Shown here in pieces: positions 18,899 through 27,709 of a stretch of DNA of 64,000 bases. The stretch comes from Bacteroidales bacterium UBA4772 (lineage in GTDB: Bacteria; Bacteroidota; Bacteroidia; Bacteroidales; VadinHA17), in assembly GCA_002403305.1 (NCBI GenBank), contig DHHM01000023.1, forward strand, positions 1,365 to 65,364. The letters are read 5' to 3'. Under the pieces are notes generated by a model, which saw nothing but the letters and a program-made list of their open reading frames with translations, did not search any database and had not been told where the DNA came from. The translations under genes were made by a program, and so were the position numbers. The first letter of the stretch is position 1; every line of letters begins with the position of its first letter.

Positions 18899-21074
18899 CA
18901 CCGGCTGCTGTCAGCATCGGTGCATCATCATTTACGATGTTTATGAAGGCTTCTGTACTGAGTTCACCATTCTCCAGTGCGCTGATGTAGTGTGCGGCGG
19001 CCTCTCGGGAGGAGCCCTGGAGGAGTGCCAGGTGACCCATGTTCACCAGGTCATAGGGTGTGAGGCCGCTTGCGGCCAGCCTGCCGAAATACTCTGCTGC
19101 CTCCCTGTACTTCCCCGTCATCAGGTAGCACCATGCAATGGGCCTGAGTACCCTGACGTTTCCGGGACTTTCATATTCTATCCTGAAATAATGTTTCAGG
19201 GCCTCCTCATACCTGTCGGTGTCGAGATAGCAGTGGGCGGTCATTAGTATTGTGCCCTGATCATCGGGATCATTTTTGAGCGCCCGCAGGTAGGCCTCAA
19301 GTGCTTCCTCTGACCTTCCCAGCCTCCTGAGGCAATAGCCGGTCTTGCGCAGCGTCCAGCTCTTGGGGTCAATGAGCGCAGCCTTTGAGTAGGCCTCCAC
19401 CGCTTTTTCATATTTTCCCTCTTTCTGATAACAGTATCCGGCCTTTTCATAAATCTCGGCATCATCAGAGACAGTGCTGATCAGGGTCAGATAAAGGGAG
19501 AGGGCATCTGAAAAATACTCCTTGCTGAAGAAATAATCGGCAAGCGACCTGTCATCTTCGGGGGAGCCGCATATTTCCCTGTAGAAAAGAGAGTTGTAGA
19601 TATCAAGCCTGCTGGTGAAGAGATCCTCGAACTCATTCCTGAAGTCGGAGAGCTTGTAGAACCTGTAAAGGTCGTGTATATACTGGGTCACGTTGGTGCT
19701 GAACTGAGCCTCAGGATCGGTAAGCTCACCGTCATACTTCATCTGTTCCAATCCCTCAAGCTCTATTCTGAACACCTTTAGCATCATGCTTTTCTGTTCT
19801 GCTGGCAGGTGTTTCATATTCAGGATGAGAGAGAACTTGTCGGAGTTGCATATGAAGGGGGTTTTATAGAGTGCTTCGGCCAGCTCATTGATTGCCGGTC
19901 CGAGTATCTCATCCCTGAAGATGTCGTCAACCGCAAGATGGTCAGGATAGAACGGAATAAACCAGTTGCGCAGTTCTCTGAAGAAATCGAATTTCTTCAG
20001 TCCGGAAAAGGCTGACATATATACATCCGATCCCTCCATCTGGAGGTTGGATAGCTCCTCCATTGTTTTGAACATCTCCTCTGATCCGCTGAACATATCC
20101 GACCAGTCAGGGTTTTGCCCCTCGCCGGGATTCTCACCAAGGATCATATCGAGATCAAGCTTCTCCTCTATGCGGGGCTTGAGTTTTACAACTTTTGGGA
20201 GTATCTCCTCATTCATCCTCTTGCTCAACTTCTCAGTGTCGCGTGACCTGACAGCCTGCAGCACCACCATCCGGCTGCGTTCCCTGAATTTACTCCCCGC
20301 GGCCAGCTCCCTGACCGACTCCATGACCTCAGGGTAGAGGCTGAGACGGTTACTATAATAGTAGAGACTGAAGATCAGTCCTGTAATTGCTCTCTCAGCC
20401 ACATGAGGCGTTTTGTCGTTTGTGAGCCGGCCAAGCATCTGCAGTTTGGCCGGGTCCCAGATACGCAGGCTGCTGAGAGTCACGGCGCTGACGTAAGACG
20501 CCATCTCATGCCACTCGAACTTGCCGGAAGTGGCGAGCATGTTCATCAGGCTCTCCTCTGCTTCACCATAAAAATCGGTAAGCCAAAAGTGGTTGAAGAT
20601 GATGCCCGACAGATGTTCTGTCTCCCTTGCCCTGTCGCTCTCCGGAGTTGTATTGATGATCTCTGCCGATGAGAGTATCTCGTCGAGCCTCGATTTGAAG
20701 ACCAGGTTGTCAACGCTCTCGATTATATTGCCTCCCCGAAGCCTCTCCTCTCTCCGTTCACGCTCTCTGACAGAATAAGTGTACCAGGCCGAGTGATGTG
20801 CCAAAATGTCCTGTTTGATCCTGTCATTCAGGCGGAGGATATCGCGCATAAGTTTGAGATAGACCTTGTGGCGCTCGGGATCGCTGATACCTTCAACGGT
20901 ATACCTGAGAATATTCATGTAGGTTGTCTGCAGCTCGTGAAACTCATCCCTGAGGCCTCCAACAGATACACTGTCAAGCATATCAGCCATGATATCAAAG
21001 CTCTGCTTGACCTTGCGGCGGACCACGAGATTACACACTCTCTTATGCTGCAGTATGACGGTATTGATATTCAT
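18834..21074 (-). CDS. TPR-repeat protein
   Basis: The C-terminal third has consecutive TPR units (AEIYEKAGYCYQKEGKYEKAVEAYSKAALIDP, etc.). The N-terminal roughly 480 aa are uncharacterised. Start set at the ATG at 21074 to avoid overlapping the upstream gene. Confidence 0.7.
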   Translation of the reverse strand: MNINTVILQHKRVCNLVVRRKVKQSFDIMADMLDSVSVGGLRDEFHELQTTYMNILRYTVEGISDPERHKVYLKLMRDILRLNDRIKQDILAHHSAWYTYSVRERERREERLRGGNIIESVDNLVFKSRLDEILSSAEIINTTPESDRARETEHLSGIIFNHFWLTDFYGEAEESLMNMLATSGKFEWHEMASYVSAVTLSSLRIWDPAKLQMLGRLTNDKTPHVAERAITGLIFSLYYYSNRLSLYPEVMESVRELAAGSKFRERSRMVVLQAVRSRDTEKLSKRMNEEILPKVVKLKPRIEEKLDLDMILGENPGEGQNPDWSDMFSGSEEMFKTMEELSNLQMEGSDVYMSAFSGLKKFDFFRELRNWFIPFYPDHLAVDDIFRDEILGPAINELAEALYKTPFICNSDKFSLILNMKHLPAEQKSMMLKVFRIELEGLEQMKYDGELTDPEAQFSTNVTQYIHDLYRFYKLSDFRNEFEDLFTSRLDIYNSLFYREICGSPEDDRSLADYFFSKEYFSDALSLYLTLISTVSDDAEIYEKAGYCYQKEGKYEKAVEAYSKAALIDPKSWTLRKTGYCLRRLGRSEEALEAYLRALKNDPDDQGTILMTAHCYLDTDRYEEALKHYFRIEYESPGNVRVLRPIAWCYLMTGKYREAAEYFGRLAASGLTPYDLVNMGHLALLQGSSREAAAHYISALENGELSTEAFINIVNDDAPMLTAAGVSADDLPIVLDYVLMSLKQDQ

Positions 21075-21135
21075 CTTTTCGGGAGGGTAATATTCTCCGT
21101 AAATAACCAAACAACAATCAGGCCATCGCAGATGT

Positions 21136-23427
21136 TCAGAAGCTGAAGCCAGCGCTAACGTAACCCTTAACCGGTTTATAGAGGAGTTCATTTTCGTATA
21201 ACCCATGCATGACTCCTATTGTTATTGGTCCGGCAATGGTCATGTAGCTTATCCCCACGCCGTAACCGCCGATTATTGTGAATCCGATACTCCGGTCAGG
21301 CTCCCGGATAGCGAAGATGTTTGTGATTGCACGAAGGTATAAGTCATCAAGAATTTCATAGTCTCCGCCAAACCTTACGCCGGCGAGGCTTCTTACAGCT
21401 ATCTGGTTTGCATGGAATCCTACGGCGGCCACGGAGCGGCCAGTCACAGCGTCCAGACCACCGAGGTAGAAAAAATTATTGTTTGAAGTGACTGAATCAG
21501 CCCCGGTGACGAAGAGTGCTTCCCCTCCAAAGTTAAACGTTAGCTTCGCCGATGGAGAGGTATATGTTCTGAAGGAGGCTCTTGCTGAGAAGAAACGATC
21601 AAAGGAGAATGACGATTCGTCCTCTTTATCATAAACATACCGGCTCGTGCCCCTCTTGACGGCTCCGCTGAGGAGTCTGGAAGCGGATGCGGAAAGGCTG
21701 TAAACAAAGCCGTTGTCAGGGAAATGTTTGTAATTAAGAGTGTTAGCCTGATAGGTGTAGGTGAGTTTCAGGTAGTTGTAGGAGAGTTTGCGAATTTGAT
21801 CAGTGGTGATATAATCAGGGATCAGGTGCTGATTCTCAATTGATCCGTTAAGGCTCATCATATGGTTCAGGCTTAACCTTCGGCTGAATGACAGTGATGT
21901 GACAAAGTTCTGGCTTAGCATCGCTCCTGTCTGGTGTCTCAGTCTTACAAGCGGAAGCCGGGTATTGTCGGAGAAGAATGATGCTTCCATACCCGTCTTC
22001 TGGCTTCGGTCAACGAACTGCATGGCACCCAGCCTGATGCGGTAGTATTGCCCGAGAAAGGAGTCGAAGTTAATTACAGATCTGTGAGTTATGAGATCTC
22101 TTACGGCGATGTTGAGCACCACCCCTGGGCCCAGTGCGGGATCAAAATGAAGTGATCCGTAAAGCATTGCCTGCGGGCGCTCAATACAATCAATCTGAAG
22201 TATCAGGGAATCATTACGGGGCAGCACCCTGTACTTCACCTTTTCAAACCAGCTCTTTCCGTAGAGCAGCTCGATACCTTCGGCAAGCAACTGCCTGTCG
22301 ACATCCTGTCCGGGTTCTATGTCAAGCACGCCTCTTATCTGGTCATCGCTGATAATGCTGTTACCGATAACCTCTATCCGGTCAAACTTGTAAGAGCTAA
22401 CATCATTCAGCGGCCTGACCGGCGCCTGCGGAGCAATGGCATCAAGTGAATCGGCAAGCCGTTTAAACTTTTCAAAATACGGAAGAGCGTCGTGGTATCC
22501 CTTACTGATGATGGAGTCTGTATTCTGAAAAGAGAGGGTGGATACATTTTTGAGTTCCGGCTCTATCATGATGTCGGTGAGTCCTTTTTGTGCCTCATAG
22601 TCGGCAAAGCTTGTCAGTAATCCTATCTGTTTCAGGATACCGTAGGCCGATTCAATATCTTCCTTCTTGATCCCTCTGAAGCCAACGTACGATCCTATAA
22701 TGATGTCGACTCCCAGGTCACGGAGCTCGGATACGGCATAGTTTCTTACGACACCGCCGTCAACAAGGAGCGCTGTGTCAATCCTGACAGGGGTAAAGAC
22801 TGAGGGTATTGCCATGCTTGCCCTGATGGCGTCAGGAAGGTATCCGCGGGTCAGGACAACCTTTTTTGCAGTTATGATATCGGTGCCGACGCAAAGATAG
22901 GGGATTGGCAGCTCAGAAAAGTCAGTGACAGTAAGTGCCGGCCAGAAGAAATGGTTCAGGCCGATTTCTATCTGCTGGCCATTGATCAGGCCCGATGGGA
23001 TAAGTATCTTGTTCCTGGTTATGGGCAGGGAGATGAGACTGTTGAAGTAATGCTTCTTTTCTAGGAAGATCACTTTGTTCTCGTCTATCCTGTCAGAGAG
23101 GGCTGCATCCCAGTCATAATCACGAAACATGGACGCCAGGCTGTCAGGTGAGTAACCCACGGCATACATCCCTCCAACAATACTGCCGAAACTGACCCCG
23201 GAAATATAATCGGGTCTCAGTCCTGCCTCCTCCATCACCTTCAGCACCCCGATATGGGCCAGTCCTTTTGCCCCGCCGCCGCTAAGTGCCAGTCCTACCT
23301 TTGGCCTCACAGGTGCTTCCTGGGCGGGGAGCGGCATGGTTCCGCTGAATGCAAAAAGCAGTGCCAGGCATAAGGCTATTGCCGTCTTTGCCTTCACTGA
23401 GCCACTGCTGTTTCTTTCAGATACCAT
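21136..23427 (-). CDS. Patatin-like phospholipase fused to a POTRA/Omp85 beta-barrel (PlpD-like)
   Basis: Patatin motifs GLALSGGGAKGLAHIGV and GVSFGS, with a DGG(V) dyad Asp. The C-terminal roughly 350 aa have beta-barrel character and end in F. Confidence 0.8.
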   Translation of the reverse strand: MVSERNSSGSVKAKTAIALCLALLFAFSGTMPLPAQEAPVRPKVGLALSGGGAKGLAHIGVLKVMEEAGLRPDYISGVSFGSIVGGMYAVGYSPDSLASMFRDYDWDAALSDRIDENKVIFLEKKHYFNSLISLPITRNKILIPSGLINGQQIEIGLNHFFWPALTVTDFSELPIPYLCVGTDIITAKKVVLTRGYLPDAIRASMAIPSVFTPVRIDTALLVDGGVVRNYAVSELRDLGVDIIIGSYVGFRGIKKEDIESAYGILKQIGLLTSFADYEAQKGLTDIMIEPELKNVSTLSFQNTDSIISKGYHDALPYFEKFKRLADSLDAIAPQAPVRPLNDVSSYKFDRIEVIGNSIISDDQIRGVLDIEPGQDVDRQLLAEGIELLYGKSWFEKVKYRVLPRNDSLILQIDCIERPQAMLYGSLHFDPALGPGVVLNIAVRDLITHRSVINFDSFLGQYYRIRLGAMQFVDRSQKTGMEASFFSDNTRLPLVRLRHQTGAMLSQNFVTSLSFSRRLSLNHMMSLNGSIENQHLIPDYITTDQIRKLSYNYLKLTYTYQANTLNYKHFPDNGFVYSLSASASRLLSGAVKRGTSRYVYDKEDESSFSFDRFFSARASFRTYTSPSAKLTFNFGGEALFVTGADSVTSNNNFFYLGGLDAVTGRSVAAVGFHANQIAVRSLAGVRFGGDYEILDDLYLRAITNIFAIREPDRSIGFTIIGGYGVGISYMTIAGPITIGVMHGLYENELLYKPVKGYVSAGFSF

Positions 23428-23503
23428 CTGCCTGTTGCGGTGAAGATAACCGATTTGCGGCACATTCTACAGGCAAGTTAGCTATATTATGTAAATTGGT
23501 GAC

Positions 23504-25672
23504 GTGAAAAAAAGTGAAAATTTCTGGCGTCACTGGTTGCCCACATCGAAAAAGGAGTTGGAGGCGCTGGGATGGGAGAGGGCTGATGTCATACTTTTCA
23601 GCGGTGATGCCTATATAGACCATCCCTCCTTCGGGGCGGCGGTGATTGCCCGTGTACTGGAGGCTGCCGGCATGCGCGTTGCGGTGGTGCCGCAGCCCAA
23701 CTGGCGCGATGACCTGCGCGACTTCTCCAAGCTGGGTGCACCGCGTTATTTCTTTGCTGTCACCGCCGGTAACATGGATTCGATGGTTAACCACTACACT
23801 GCTGCCCGCCGGCTGAGGTCAGACGATGCCTACACTCCGGCAGGGACGGCCGGCTTCCGGCCTGACTATGCCACGGTGGTATTTACACAGATACTTAAAA
23901 GGCTTTTTCCCGAGGTGCCGGTGGTTATCGGGGGTATTGAAGCCTCAATGAGGAGGCTGATGCACTACGACTACTGGAAGAATTCCCTGGAGCCGTCGAT
24001 TCTTGTCTCCAGCGGTGCCGACCTGCTGATATACGGCATGGCAGAGAAGGCGGTGACGGAACTGGCTCTCCGTGCCAGGCAGGGAGAGAGGGTAAATGGG
24101 ATATTCGATCTGCCTCAGTCCGCATACCTCCTGCCTGCCGGGGAGATGCCCCCGCCGATGCCGGGGGTGAAGGATAAGGTTATGCACTCCTGCGGGGAGG
24201 TGATGAAGTCCCGCAAGGCCTATGCCGAGAACTTTGTCCTGTTTGAGAAGACAAGCAACAGTCCCGGGCCTGTCAGGCTGACAGAGCCGTGCGGCGAGAG
24301 GAGTGTGGTGGTCAATCCACCGTTTCCGCCGGCCACGGAGGCAGAGATGGATGCGATTCATGAGCTGCCGTTCAATTATGCACCCCATCCCCGTTACGAA
24401 CGGAAAGGCCCGATACCCGCCTGGGAGATGATACGGTTCTCGGTAAACATACACCGGGGCTGTTTCGGTGGCTGCAGCTTCTGCGCCATAGCAGCACACC
24501 AGGGTAAGTTTGTCAGCAGCCGTTCGGTGCTCTCCGTGCTTCGTGAGGTGGAACGTATCAGCACCATGCCGGGATTCAGGGGATACCTCACTGACCTGGG
24601 AGGTCCCTCGGCCAACATGTACAGGATGGAGGGGAGGGATAAGGAGAGGTGCAACAGGTGCGGCAGACCATCATGCATCTGGCCTTCCGTATGTGACAAT
24701 CTCGACACCTCTCACAGGGAGTTGCTGGCGCTGTACCGGAAGGTCAGTGCACTGCCGTACATTAAAAAGGCCTTTGTCGGGAGCGGGGTGAGGTATGACC
24801 TGCTGATGAAGGAGTTTAACGGCTCTGCAGGGAAAGATGAAGAGCAATACCTGAAGGAGCTTATTCTCAATCACACCAGCGGCAGGCTGAAGGTTGCCCC
24901 AGAGCATACTGATGATGAGGTGCTTAACCTGATGCGGAAGAGCTCATTCAGCCACTTCAGGAGGCTGCGCAACAGGTTTCTGGAGATAGTGCATGCCAGC
25001 GGGGTGAAGTATGAACTGGTACCCTACTTTATGTCTGCGCATCCGGGCACAACAGAGCGGAAGATGGAAGCTCTGTCGCGCGAGCTGCATGAACTGGGAA
25101 TGCATCCGGAGCAGGTGCAGGATTTCACTCCGACGCCGATGACGCTTGCAACGGCAATGTATTATCTTGGTTTCGACCCCTACAGCGGGAGAAAGGTCTA
25201 TGTGGCCCGGGAGCCTGCGGAGAAAAAGAGGCAGAAGGAGTACTTTTTCAGTCGGCAGTCGGCAGTCGGCAGCCGGCACTCTTCAGTCACCAGCCGGCAC
25301 TCTTCAGTCACCAGTCGGCAGTCGGCAGTCAGCAGCACTCAAGCGGCAGGAAGAAGAATTCTGCCAGTGGTCGCAGAAGGGGTTCCGGACAGTAGATGGT
25401 TACTGATATTCCTTCAGTATGTCCTGCACATCATCCGGAGCCACCCTTCCGTAAGTTTTCTCACCGATGAGCACCACCGGGGCGAGTCCGCAGGCACCCA
25501 CGCACCTGAGACTGGAGAGCGAGAATTTGCCGTCGGCGGTAGTCTGGCCCACCTGAATTGCCAGTTCCTTCTTGAATTCATCGAGCACCTTTTCTGCACC
25601 CCTAACGTAGCAGGCTGTGCCCATGCATATGCTTATCGGGTGACGGCCCTTGGGAGTCATGGTGAAGAATGA
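23504..25672 (+). CDS. ygiQ: YgiQ-family radical SAM protein (UPF0313); the C-terminal end is suspect
   Basis: GTG start. N-terminal YgiQ pattern LPTSKKELEALGWERADVILFSGDAYIDHPSFG, and a radical-SAM cluster CFGGCSFC. After about nt 25249 the frame runs through a heptamer array and then antisense through hydC (see findings). Confidence 0.8.
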   Translation: MKKSENFWRHWLPTSKKELEALGWERADVILFSGDAYIDHPSFGAAVIARVLEAAGMRVAVVPQPNWRDDLRDFSKLGAPRYFFAVTAGNMDSMVNHYTAARRLRSDDAYTPAGTAGFRPDYATVVFTQILKRLFPEVPVVIGGIEASMRRLMHYDYWKNSLEPSILVSSGADLLIYGMAEKAVTELALRARQGERVNGIFDLPQSAYLLPAGEMPPPMPGVKDKVMHSCGEVMKSRKAYAENFVLFEKTSNSPGPVRLTEPCGERSVVVNPPFPPATEAEMDAIHELPFNYAPHPRYERKGPIPAWEMIRFSVNIHRGCFGGCSFCAIAAHQGKFVSSRSVLSVLREVERISTMPGFRGYLTDLGGPSANMYRMEGRDKERCNRCGRPSCIWPSVCDNLDTSHRELLALYRKVSALPYIKKAFVGSGVRYDLLMKEFNGSAGKDEEQYLKELILNHTSGRLKVAPEHTDDEVLNLMRKSSFSHFRRLRNRFLEIVHASGVKYELVPYFMSAHPGTTERKMEALSRELHELGMHPEQVQDFTPTPMTLATAMYYLGFDPYSGRKVYVAREPAEKKRQKEYFFSRQSAVGSRHSSVTSRHSSVTSRQSAVSSTQAAGRRILPVVAEGVPDSRWLLIFLQYVLHIIRSHPSVSFLTDEHHRGESAGTHAPETGEREFAVGGSLAHLNCQFLLEFIEHLFCTPNVAGCAHAYAYRVTALGSHGEE
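25249..25339. repeat. Heptamer-periodic array (13 units, CAGTCGG family)
   Basis: Units in order: cagtcgg x3, (cagccgg cactctt cagtcac) x2, cagtcgg x2, cagtcag, cagcact. Every unit starts with CA. Confidence 0.9.
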
Positions 25673-25882
25673 GTAGAAGGTCACCACTCCGTAGACCTGG
25701 GCTACAGTAATATTGAGTTTTGAGGCTACGGCCTCCTGTATCTCTGCCGGCAGGTAGCCGAAGTGTTTCTGAGTCTTGTGGAGGACATTTATCAGTTCTG
25801 ACGGTTCGTTTCCGAATGAATCGCATATTTCGTTGATTTTGTCAACATCTTCCTTTCTCAGTTCTATCTTTATACTTGACAT
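25400..25882 (-). CDS. hydC: NuoE-like [2Fe-2S] subunit of NADH-dependent [FeFe] hydrogenase
   Basis: Thioredoxin-like 2Fe-2S motifs CMGTACYVRG and LRCVGACGLAPV. Confidence 0.85.
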   Translation of the reverse strand: MSSIKIELRKEDVDKINEICDSFGNEPSELINVLHKTQKHFGYLPAEIQEAVASKLNITVAQVYGVVTFYSFFTMTPKGRHPISICMGTACYVRGAEKVLDEFKKELAIQVGQTTADGKFSLSSLRCVGACGLAPVVLIGEKTYGRVAPDDVQDILKEYQ

Positions 25883-25913
25883 CTCGTTGAATATTAGATT
25901 AATGTTTCAGATC

Positions 25914-27698
25914 TCACTGCTTAACAATGATCTTCGCCTTCTTGTCAAAATAGTGCGTATGCAACAGGTGGTGTGCCTTCTCGCTGTTGGGTTCGCCAAG
26001 GAACTCCTTGTAGAGGTTGATGATGTACGGGTTCTCATGTGAGACCCTGATGGGTTTGTTCTTATCCTCCTCATAGATAGCCCTGGCCCTGGCCTTGAGT
26101 ATTGAAGAGTCGCCGTGATGCAGTGGCTGTCCGCCTCCGCCTATGCATCCTCCGGGGCAGGCCATAACCTCAATGGCATGGAATTTAGAGCGGCCGGCGC
26201 GTACATCGTCAAGCAGCTTGCGGGCGTTGCCAAGACCGTGGGCTATGCCGATATTGAGCGGGAAGCCGTCAAAATCAATAGTAGCCTGTCTGACACCTTC
26301 CATTCCTCTGAGCTCATCGAAGTCGAGACGACTGAGCTTCTTTCCCGTATACAGTTCGTAAGCGGTACGTACCGCTGCCTCAATGACCCCGCCGGTGTTG
26401 CCGAAGATCACCCCGGCGCCGGTGGATTCACCCAGCGGCCTGTCAAAATCCGCATCCGGAAGGTTATTGAAGTCTATGTTGGCCTGCTTGATGAAGTGGG
26501 CCAGCTCACGTGTGGAGATGGAGAAGTCGACATCAGGGTTGCCGTCGACGGAGAATTCAGGTCTCTGGCTCTCATATTTCTTTGCCAGGCACGGCATGAT
26601 GGAGACGACCACCATATCCTTGCGGCTGACATTGATTTTTTCAGCAAAGTATGACTTGGCAATGGCGCCGAACATCTGCTGGGGCGACTTGGCCGTGGAC
26701 GGGACATCCTTCAGGTCCGGGAAGTTATGCTCGAAGAAGTTGACCCATCCCGGACAGCATGATGTCAGTATGGGAATGTTGGCATCCTCATCTCCGTTGA
26801 GGAACTTGCCCAGCCTGGCAAGAAGCTCTGTGCCCTCTTCCATTATTGTAAGGTCGGCAGCAAAGTCAGTGTCGAAGACATAATCGAACCCGAGCTCTTT
26901 CAGGGCAGAGACAAGTTTGCCCGTGACCAGCGATCCCGGTTTCATGCCGAACTCTTCACCGAGGGCAGCACGTACGGCGGGTGCGGTCTGAACCACTACT
27001 GTCTTTGAGGGATCGGCGATGGCGCGAAGCACATCACCGGTATGATCCACTTCTGTCAGAGCACCTGTGGGGCAGACGGCGACGCACTGGCCGCAGTATG
27101 TACAGGGTGAGTATTCGAGGTTCTGCTCGAAGGCAGGAGCAACTACGGCCATGAAGCCCCTGTTCACTGCTGAGAGGGCGCCGACGGTCTGTACCTCGTT
27201 GCACATCATCTCACAACGGCGGCACATGATGCACTTGTCGAGGTCGCGTATGATTGAGGGTGAGGTATCCTTCCGGTATGTCGACATCTCTGCAATCTCC
27301 TGTCCGGGGATCTCCCTGATGCCCAGTCTTATAGCCATATCCTGCAGCTCGCAGTTACCTGACTTGGGGCATATGAGGCAATCTTTCGGATGATCTGAGA
27401 GGATGAACTCCATCACCGTCCTGCGGGCGTTCATGACCCTGGGGGTGTGGGTGCGGACAACCGCTCCCTCATCACATCTGGTGATACATGCCGGAGAGAG
27501 GTTCCTGCGTCCCTGCACCTCTACGACGCATATCCTGCAACCTCCCGGTTTGTTTTCGATATTCAGGTCGTCGAGCTTCATGTGGCAGAGGGTAGGTATG
27601 TCAATACCCATCCTGCGTGCGGCACTGAGTATGGTGGTGCCCTTCTCGATTTCTATCTGCTTGTTGTCTATGGTAAGCTTTATTGTTTCCATCGTCAT
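25914..27698 (-). CDS. hydA: [FeFe] hydrogenase catalytic subunit (group A, HydA/HndD type)
   Basis: H-cluster motifs TSCCPGW, MPCLAKKYE and MACPGGCIGGGGQP, plus N-terminal 2Fe-2S and multiple 4Fe-4S Cys clusters. The start is ambiguous among 27710, 27698 and 27692. Confidence 0.92.
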   Translation of the reverse strand: MTMETIKLTIDNKQIEIEKGTTILSAARRMGIDIPTLCHMKLDDLNIENKPGGCRICVVEVQGRRNLSPACITRCDEGAVVRTHTPRVMNARRTVMEFILSDHPKDCLICPKSGNCELQDMAIRLGIREIPGQEIAEMSTYRKDTSPSIIRDLDKCIMCRRCEMMCNEVQTVGALSAVNRGFMAVVAPAFEQNLEYSPCTYCGQCVAVCPTGALTEVDHTGDVLRAIADPSKTVVVQTAPAVRAALGEEFGMKPGSLVTGKLVSALKELGFDYVFDTDFAADLTIMEEGTELLARLGKFLNGDEDANIPILTSCCPGWVNFFEHNFPDLKDVPSTAKSPQQMFGAIAKSYFAEKINVSRKDMVVVSIMPCLAKKYESQRPEFSVDGNPDVDFSISTRELAHFIKQANIDFNNLPDADFDRPLGESTGAGVIFGNTGGVIEAAVRTAYELYTGKKLSRLDFDELRGMEGVRQATIDFDGFPLNIGIAHGLGNARKLLDDVRAGRSKFHAIEVMACPGGCIGGGGQPLHHGDSSILKARARAIYEEDKNKPIRVSHENPYIINLYKEFLGEPNSEKAHHLLHTHYFDKKAKIIVKQ

Positions 27699-27709
27699 TC
27701 TCCCTCTCA

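Noticed and set aside
21136-23427. Patatin gene considered as a CBASS or other defence effector
   Set aside because: It is fused to an Omp85-type barrel with a signal peptide. No cyclase, sensor or other defence genes are adjacent, and the neighbourhood is housekeeping.
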